This document shows, in pieces, positions 58,260 to 64,000 of a stretch of DNA of 64,000 nt. The notes beneath the pieces were generated by a model that worked only from the letters and a program-made list of their open reading frames with translations, made no database searches and had not been told where the DNA came from. The stretch comes from Candidatus Nomurabacteria bacterium (lineage in GTDB: Bacteria; Patescibacteriota; Patescibacteriia; Magasanikbacterales; UBA922): positions 75,975-139,974 of the forward strand of contig JACKFN010000001.1 in the NCBI GenBank assembly GCA_020632445.1, written 5' to 3'. The position numbers were made by a program, and so were the translations under genes. The number at the start of each line of letters is the position of its first letter. Positions within the stretch are counted from its first letter, which is position 1.

Positions 58260-59663
58260 CTAACTTCCCATTTCGACAGAATTTATTATCTCGTCTAACA
58301 CTCGCTCCGGCTTAGATGGGCTGTTTTGGCTATAATTACCGACAAAAAGATACCAACCCTTATCATTTTTTGTTACATAAACTTCCTTTGTCTTGTACTG
58401 GCTTTCACCAATACCCGTCCCAGGCTCAACGATAAGCAATGCGTAGCGTCCAAGACTCTCATTTTCATGAAAAACCACATCAGAATCATCAGTTATACCA
58501 TATACTTCTCTATACTCTTTTACAATGTCCTCGAGCGTTGCAGCTTTCATTTCGTTGAAATATCCAGCCGATTCTGATGAAGCCTCACCATTATCTGACA
58601 ACCTATCAAATATTTGATCAACTTCGTCATAATTGAAGAAAATAGTTTCATATGACACCGTACTGTTTTCCAAAGTCTGATGGCTAGGCCAAAATACAAT
58701 TCTTGTTCCAAACAAACTTTCAAAATTAGGAACAAATGCAAAATTGAAATCTCTTGGAAACTGAAATGTCAAACCATATTTAGGTTCAATATGCGTAAAA
58801 TAATCATCATTATAATTGGTTTTGTTTAACCTTTCCACCTCCTGCGATACATCAATCGTATATAAATCACCCGCTGACCGTATTGGTTGTCCTATTGGCA
58901 GGAAAACAAAAGGATCGACCATATTTACCTCCAGGGTTACACCTGGTTCCACAATGGTGACAGGATTACTGTCAATTTCTAAAATTCTATCCATTCTAAA
59001 ACCAAGATCAGCAAAAACGTCCGCATCGACAATATGGCGAAGCACTTTTCTCCTCGGATCATCTCTGTCAGGTTCAATTCTATACACTTTTGGATCATTC
59101 TTCTTCTTGACGAGAGAAAAATATGGTTGAGAAAAAACACCAACTCCATTAAAGAAGCCAACTTCAGAGGTATCTATTCGTATAGACTTACCTGTTTGGT
59201 ACTTATCCAACATACGCTGATCAACATCTTCTACCCAATCCCACTTATACCCAAGTTGCTGATATGCTGAGGAGCTTTCTACCCAATGTTTTTCTTTTCC
59301 AAGGACAACATATATCTTCGGGTCATTGGTAGTCTTTACTACAGCACCGTATCGAGGATCAAATAAAGGACCATATGGGAGAAAACCCAATTGATCATCC
59401 GGTACATTATTCAGACTCTCTTGGGTAACCTGTTGCACTTCACTCCATGATTCAAAGTACGTGAAGTAAATTTTCGAATTTTTAAACGCTCTTTTCGTAC
59501 AATTCTCGGTAACATACCAAACGGATGAGGATTGGCTACTCTTATACGCTTTTTGCTCCTGCAATGGACATCCTATTGCATCTGCTGGGGCAAAAAGTAG
59601 CAGAGAAAACAAAGCAAGCGGAAGGAAACTAAAAAATTTCTTCATAGTGTGATTTAAAATCAT
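58260..59663 (-). CDS. Secreted protein; N-terminal domain paralogous to the C-terminal domain of the ORF at 21270..22916
   Basis: Signal peptide. The first ~230 mature residues are collinear with the other secreted protein (CPL..KAYKS, KRAF.NS..FTYF.SW.EVQ, DPK.Y, DP.VYR.EP, RHI, LG.R.DRILE.D). Confidence 0.6.
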   Translation of the reverse strand: MILNHTMKKFFSFLPLALFSLLLFAPADAIGCPLQEQKAYKSSQSSSVWYVTENCTKRAFKNSKIYFTYFESWSEVQQVTQESLNNVPDDQLGFLPYGPLFDPRYGAVVKTTNDPKIYVVLGKEKHWVESSSAYQQLGYKWDWVEDVDQRMLDKYQTGKSIRIDTSEVGFFNGVGVFSQPYFSLVKKKNDPKVYRIEPDRDDPRRKVLRHIVDADVFADLGFRMDRILEIDSNPVTIVEPGVTLEVNMVDPFVFLPIGQPIRSAGDLYTIDVSQEVERLNKTNYNDDYFTHIEPKYGLTFQFPRDFNFAFVPNFESLFGTRIVFWPSHQTLENSTVSYETIFFNYDEVDQIFDRLSDNGEASSESAGYFNEMKAATLEDIVKEYREVYGITDDSDVVFHENESLGRYALLIVEPGTGIGESQYKTKEVYVTKNDKGWYLFVGNYSQNSPSKPERVLDEIINSVEMGS

Positions 59664-59694
59664 TTAATTAACATGTTATGCATCTAAATAGCCT

Positions 59695-60279
59695 TTACTC
59701 ATAATCTTCCTCATATGATGACCCTTTTGAACACAAATCTATCAAAAACTTAATATCCTCATCATTCTCAACTCGTAATTCACGAATTTCCTCACCACTA
59801 TCATCGTGAACACTTATTCGCCAACATTCACAAGAATAATCAGGATATATAGTATATTCCAATCCACCATCTGTAAATGTTAGAAAATGATACTCATCAT
59901 AATCAGCATACAAGACACGAGCATCTTGCGCTAATTTTTGCTTAAAATATGGTGACAAATCACTTTGAGATATCTGCTCAATAAACTCCAAATCATCATA
60001 GTCATCAACCCCGTGTGTATATACAACCTCTCCGCTCGAATCAGAAACTGACACCTCCCAATCATCGGATTCGCCCTTTGAAAATACATACGTGTACTCT
60101 CCCACTTGAACCTTCACATTCCTTTCGAACATAACATATGTGTATTCAATTTCCCGCTTCTCTTGAAGAACCGACTTTAATGAATCTGGAATTCTTCCAT
60201 CGACAAATCGCAAAAAACTCGGTTGCCTCGAATCGCTCTGTTCAGCTGCTAATCTTCTCGTTATAAAATCTTCACCCAT
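59695..60279 (-). CDS. Acidic hypothetical protein
   Basis: 194-aa ORF rich in D/E/Y. No motif recognised. Confidence 0.4.
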   Translation of the reverse strand: MGEDFITRRLAAEQSDSRQPSFLRFVDGRIPDSLKSVLQEKREIEYTYVMFERNVKVQVGEYTYVFSKGESDDWEVSVSDSSGEVVYTHGVDDYDDLEFIEQISQSDLSPYFKQKLAQDARVLYADYDEYHFLTFTDGGLEYTIYPDYSCECWRISVHDDSGEEIRELRVENDEDIKFLIDLCSKGSSYEEDYE

Positions 60280-60315
60280 ATTATAAATTCAATTCTATTT
60301 TAGTAAAAATATCTT

Positions 60316-60789
60316 TCACACAAGCGTAGGCCAGATATACTCTACCACAAACCCTCCCCAATACATCGCGATTCCAGAAACCAGACAAAGCAACACCGTC
60401 CAAACAGGTAGCCACTGAATATGTGACTGTTTGTAAAATGCTTCAACGGCAAATATCACCACAAGCACTTCAAGAAGTCCAATAACCGCATCAAGTAATC
60501 CAAATGGAAGTGGTTGTCCAACATAGGGGGCATTCCATATACGTGTCATGTACCACGTCACGGCAACTCCTCCATGCAAAATCATCCCCAGCCAAAACAT
60601 GGGATGCGATTGTTTTTCATGAAAAAAATGTCCCCAGATAAGTTGCGCAGCACCCACGAAAATAAAAAGCATCGCCATAGGACGGACATTCCAATGCAAT
60701 GAGCTCGCAAAAAATAGATGCAGCAGTGCAACCGTTGCGCCGGCATAAAAAGTATACTGGCTATAGCGCTCTTGATGGAAAAGTGGCAT
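60316..60789 (-). CDS. Small membrane protein (4 TM), unknown function
   Basis: Hydrophobic helices, several His and Trp. No motif recognised. Confidence 0.4.
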   Translation of the reverse strand: MPLFHQERYSQYTFYAGATVALLHLFFASSLHWNVRPMAMLFIFVGAAQLIWGHFFHEKQSHPMFWLGMILHGGVAVTWYMTRIWNAPYVGQPLPFGLLDAVIGLLEVLVVIFAVEAFYKQSHIQWLPVWTVLLCLVSGIAMYWGGFVVEYIWPTLV

Positions 60790-60840
60790 ATAAAATAAGA
60801 TGATTTGTCATTTTCTGTAGTATACCCTATTTTCTCCTAC

Positions 60841-60892
60841 AAAAAAACCCGTTTGAGCTTCCTTGCCGTGCAAAGAAACTCAAACGGGTTCC
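60841..60892 (-). terminator. Rho-independent terminator downstream of GC-rich island 4
   Basis: Minus strand: AACCCGTTTGAGtttctttgcacggcaaggaagCTCAAACGGGTTTTTTT. Confidence 0.65.
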
Positions 60893-61082
60893 GGAAGCGG
60901 TGAGGCTCCCGGCTTTGGTGGCGCACTCGGTCGCCCCCTCAGGTGGGTGTTGCTTGGACACGGAGTCCTGCATCACTCACAACCCTCCTCGACGCCGATC
61001 CTGGCTCACGGTGGCAGGTGAACCTACCGGTCCATGGATACCAGGATGGCGATCGAGGTTCGCGCCGACGAAGCGGACGCGA

Positions 61083-61487
61083 TCAGCGGGTCGCCGCGGT
61101 CGCCTCGATCAGGCACTGGGCCACGTAGGCCGCGTAGGTGCCGTTGTCGACGTGGTAGCCCGGCCCGGCGAACTTCGCCGTGATGGCGTTGGGGCCGGCC
61201 ATGGCCGCGTCCACCAACACCTTGTGGGCCCCGTTGATGGAACCGCCGGCGATCTTGCCGATGACCGAACCCTTGCTGAGGCCCGTCTGCCCCGCGATCA
61301 TGTTGGCGGTCTGGTCGAGCGTGACCGCGGCCGCCGTCGTCACCGCGGTGATCGCCGCCGCGTTGCGGTCGAAGTTCTCGTCGGGGACGTCGAGCGTGAT
61401 CACCACCTGGGTGGTGAACTTCACCCCCACGTTCGGGTTCTCGGTGGCCTGCTGCAGGTACTGCGTGAACTTGTCCATGGTCTTCAT
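61083..61487 (-). CDS. GC-rich (~62%) small protein of unknown function (island 4) with a long structured 5' leader
   Basis: Start MKTMDKFTQ, preceded by GGGGGA RBS. Ala/Thr/Gly-rich. Composition foreign to the flanking murG and membrane-protein genes. Confidence 0.55.
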   Translation of the reverse strand: MKTMDKFTQYLQQATENPNVGVKFTTQVVITLDVPDENFDRNAAAITAVTTAAAVTLDQTANMIAGQTGLSKGSVIGKIAGGSINGAHKVLVDAAMAGPNAITAKFAGPGYHVDNGTYAAYVAQCLIEATAATR

Positions 61488-61675
61488 GTGTCCCCCTCTG
61501 AGGGTGTTCCAGCCTCCGAAAGCCGGATTCGTAAGTTCCTCCCGACCAAGGAGGGTGCGCTGCTGCCCGAAGGCTGCATCGGAATACGCACTAAAGCTTT
61601 GTATCTGTCTACCCGTAGGCACACAGATACAAAGCTTCTCTAGGGTTGTGTGTAAATTGTAAAAAGCAATGCCAC

Positions 61676-61704
61676 AATTCTACTCAAAGATCCCAATTTT
61701 GTCA
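61676..61704 (-). promoter_or_regulatory. Sigma-70-type promoter for the island-4 gene
   Basis: Minus strand TTGACAaaattgggatctttgagTAGAAT, ~190 nt upstream of the start codon. Confidence 0.5.
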
Positions 61705-62020
61705 ACCTCTCTGTCCACACGGACTCAAAAAAATCGCTCCATTGCCATAACTTGACAAGCTCATCTTTTCATGTTACGGTAATTATAGAGAGTTAATTCT
61801 TAACAGACTCTATGACAGATCTGAAAACTCTTGCTTCTGGTTCATACGGCTACAGGCAGAGATAGGCAGCCAGATTGTTCCGGCACGCCTGTAGTCGGTG
61901 TTACTGGATTCACATTTCCTTTGTATTGACGTACAATAAAACCCTGACCAAACATCAGGGTTTTGTTTTTTTAATTTCCCTATACCACTTTCTTTTCACT
62001 CTTTTATTCTTCTCTTACTT

Positions 62021-63094
62021 TTACTTTTGAAGTCTCTGCACAACCTGCATCACCTCTTCATCTTGTGCAATACGAAAATGCTTAACCAATCTCTGCGTCA
62101 TACCCATTCTTTTTTCTGGAATAGTGAGTATTTCACGAATCTTCCCTCCAAGTTGATTCCCGTCAGAGAGCTCTTGGTCCAACATCTCTACAGCGCCTTG
62201 CTCATAAAGATTCACGACATTACTCACCTGATGACCAGGCAATGGTACTATGATACTTGGCTTTTGGAGCGCAGCAATTTCTGTGAGTGTTCCAAACCCC
62301 CCTCTTGCAACGATCACGTCCGCAGCAGCAAGTGCGTGCTTCATATCGCCACTGAGAAATTCAACAGGATGATAAAACGGAAAAACTTTTTGTGCATTAT
62401 CAACAAACTTCCCCCACTTTCCCTTTCCAGTCAGGTGAAGTATCTGGCAAACTCCTTGCAAGTGTGGAAGCGCCTGAACAATAAGCTCATTGATTTTCGC
62501 AGATCCTGTTCCTCCACCAGTGACGAGCACCAGTGGAAGCTGCTTATCAAGTCCAAATGCTTGCAAAGCCATATCCCGATTTCCGTCATATATCCCCTTT
62601 CGAACCGGGTTTCCAAGATGTATCACTTTCTTTTTGGGAAATTTTAGGACATTGGCCTCAAGTGCTACCGTTACCACTTTTGCCAGGGGTGCCATTATTC
62701 TATTTGCCAGACCAATCTTTACATCCTGCTGATGTACCCAGCATGGGATTCCAAAAAACCAGGCTATGATGTGAAGCGGAACCGAATTGTATCCCCCGGC
62801 GGTTATGCACATATCCGGCTTAAACCTCCAGATAATTTTTACTGCTTGGAACAAACCAGCAATGCTTCGGAATATATCAGCGATATTCAAAATCGAAAAG
62901 TATCTACGCAACTTTCCGGCTGAAATGCTTTCAAACTTAATTCCTACAGATTCAACCAAGTCGAGTTCCGGGCCATTATGCGTACCCACAAACAAAAACT
63001 CAGCATCCTTTTGATGCTCGGCAATTATTTGTGAAAAGGCAATGAGTGGAGTCACCGGCCCAAGAGTTCCTCCCCCGGAAAGAATGATCTTCAT
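62021..63094 (-). CDS. murG: UDP-N-acetylglucosamine:N-acetylmuramyl-(pentapeptide)-PP-undecaprenol GlcNAc transferase MurG
   Basis: N-terminal MKIILSGGGTLGPVTP (GGGTGGH-type). Glycosyltransferase-28 fold. Directly downstream of ftsW, the conserved dcw order. Confidence 0.85.
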   Translation of the reverse strand: MKIILSGGGTLGPVTPLIAFSQIIAEHQKDAEFLFVGTHNGPELDLVESVGIKFESISAGKLRRYFSILNIADIFRSIAGLFQAVKIIWRFKPDMCITAGGYNSVPLHIIAWFFGIPCWVHQQDVKIGLANRIMAPLAKVVTVALEANVLKFPKKKVIHLGNPVRKGIYDGNRDMALQAFGLDKQLPLVLVTGGGTGSAKINELIVQALPHLQGVCQILHLTGKGKWGKFVDNAQKVFPFYHPVEFLSGDMKHALAAADVIVARGGFGTLTEIAALQKPSIIVPLPGHQVSNVVNLYEQGAVEMLDQELSDGNQLGGKIREILTIPEKRMGMTQRLVKHFRIAQDEEVMQVVQRLQK

Positions 63095-63097
63095 ACG

Positions 63098-63991
63098 CTA
63101 AGTATTTCGATGCTTACTCACACTTGTCAAGAGACCAACGGCCGCCATAGAGATCATAAGTGCAGTTCCACCATGGCTCACAAATGGCAAAGGTACCCCG
63201 GTAATTGGCAAAATACCAATCATTGCACCGATGTTCAAAAATGACTGAATAAAAAACCATGTCGTAATTCCAACGACAATCAACCGACCAAAATTGTCTG
63301 TCGACTGCTTGGCAAGTCGGAGACATCGAAGCACAATAAATACCAACAGCAAAACAAATGCCGCCGCAAAGAAAAATCCCATTTCTTCAGCAAAAACCGC
63401 AAAAATACTGTCAGAGTGCACTTCTGGCAAATACTGAAACTTTTGTCTTGATTGTCCAAACCCCTGACCAAAAAGTCCACCACTACCAACCGCCAAGAGT
63501 GCCTGGTTAATATGATATCCAATTCCTAGTGGATCAAGCTCTGGATGCAAAAAAGTCATAAACCGCGCAACACGATACGGAGCATTAAGAATCATAAGCG
63601 CAAGTCCCGCAGCACCCACTCCTGCAAGCATACCAAGATGTGCATACCTCGCTCCTGCGACCCACAACATGGTAAATATCATTGCCAAAAAAATGGCAAG
63701 AGTTCCTGTGTCCGGCTGAATCACCAAAAGGAGTACCGGCCCAAGAGTAAACAAAAACGCTGGCAATAAGCCAGACTTTAGATTCATGACATGCTTGTCT
63801 ATGGCAGCTAAATAGGCCGCAAAAAAAAGAACAAAACCAAGTTTTGCAAGTTCTGCTGGTTGCAATGTATATCCGAATATACTGATCCAGCTCCTTGCTC
63901 CGTTGATAGTAAGACCGACTCCAGGCACAAATACGAGAAGTAAAAGACCAATGCAGGCCGCATAAATGTACCACATATACTTGTACCACAT
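63098..63991 (-). CDS. ftsW: SEDS-family peptidoglycan glycosyltransferase FtsW/RodA (N-terminally truncated by the window edge)
   Basis: Polytopic membrane protein with conserved SEDS segments (GARSWI, QPAELAKL, PDTGT...). Upstream of murG. The ORF continues beyond 64000. Confidence 0.75.
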   Translation of the reverse strand: MWYKYMWYIYAACIGLLLLVFVPGVGLTINGARSWISIFGYTLQPAELAKLGFVLFFAAYLAAIDKHVMNLKSGLLPAFLFTLGPVLLLVIQPDTGTLAIFLAMIFTMLWVAGARYAHLGMLAGVGAAGLALMILNAPYRVARFMTFLHPELDPLGIGYHINQALLAVGSGGLFGQGFGQSRQKFQYLPEVHSDSIFAVFAEEMGFFFAAAFVLLLVFIVLRCLRLAKQSTDNFGRLIVVGITTWFFIQSFLNIGAMIGILPITGVPLPFVSHGGTALMISMAAVGLLTSVSKHRNT

Positions 63992-64000
63992 TCGATAGTC

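Noticed and set aside
60795-60900. A ~45-codon minus-strand ORF (MQDSVSKQHPPEG...) with a GAGGAGG RBS in the 3' UTR of island 4.
   Set aside because: It reads straight through the terminator hairpin and has low-complexity composition, so it is probably fortuitous.
60900-61662. Plus-strand ORFs 60900-61643 (247 aa) and 61180-61662, and the minus-strand start at 61622.
   Set aside because: Antisense or alternate-frame artefacts of the GC-rich island, with Arg/Gly/Val-rich nonsense. The minus-strand MKTMDKF frame with a GGGGGA RBS is the credible gene.
1-64000. Prophage, IS element or CRISPR-Cas content.
   Set aside because: No transposase, integrase, capsid or terminase-like ORFs, Cas genes or spacer arrays are visible. 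Mobile-looking features are limited to the cassette modules and GC islands described above.

Overview
This 64 kb window appears to come from a low-GC (~40%) bacterium with short intergenic spacers and a strong minus-strand gene bias. A CPR/Patescibacteria-like episymbiont is plausible, but that is inference only. I see no rRNA, CRISPR array, transposase or integrase.

Recognisable housekeeping content:
- Two paralogous TraD/VirD4-like coupling ATPases bracket a Cys-rich unknown gene and the dnaG-rpoD operon.
- Stress and redox genes: peroxiredoxin, Fe/Mn superoxide dismutase, NUDIX hydrolase, inositol monophosphatase.
- Envelope and transport: an RND efflux pair, two M23 peptidases, a large S8 protease, an LtaS-like sulfatase, ftsE-ftsX, a parvulin PPIase, a P-type ATPase.
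- A probable copper cluster: His-rich protein, Met-rich cupredoxin, CcdA, YceI-like lipoprotein.
- Cell-division fragments: FtsB, a Mur ligase, murG-ftsW.
- Other: DEAD-box helicase, RlmN, PEP-synthase/RPH-like proteins, HIT protein.
- Four tRNA genes: Lys-UUU, Thr-CGU, Gln-UUG, and a probable Asn-GUU split by a ~300-nt group-I-like intron.

The most unusual structure lies at ~51.5-57.7 kb, just downstream of tRNA-Lys. It is a tandem array of modules built from two alternating conserved non-coding repeats.
- repA (~70-100 bp): ends in a terminator hairpin.
- repB (~235 bp): terminator, then a ~150-nt conserved segment, then a TTGACA promoter, then a 47-nt conserved leader.
- The repeats alternate with host-like AT-rich genes (a SET-domain protein and an L-asparaginase).
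- Between them sit compositionally foreign, GC-rich cargo ORFs at ~57-70% GC: two unknown proteins, plus an RNase III with a sigma-70-like multidomain protein.
- The cargo junctions are precise and recur (CCCACAA-type at the 5' side; CCACCC ... CCAATCATTTTTAC at the 3' side).
- repB also carries a degenerate copy of the tRNA-Lys 3' end plus a terminator.

This looks like a tRNA-associated gene-capture and expression cassette system. It is neither a classical integron nor a prophage, and no recombinase is visible in the window. Two further GC-rich single-gene islands (60.9-61.65 kb and ~35.65-36.13 kb) have similar 3' junction motifs. Functional calls rest on motifs read directly from the translations. 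Nothing was searched against databases.
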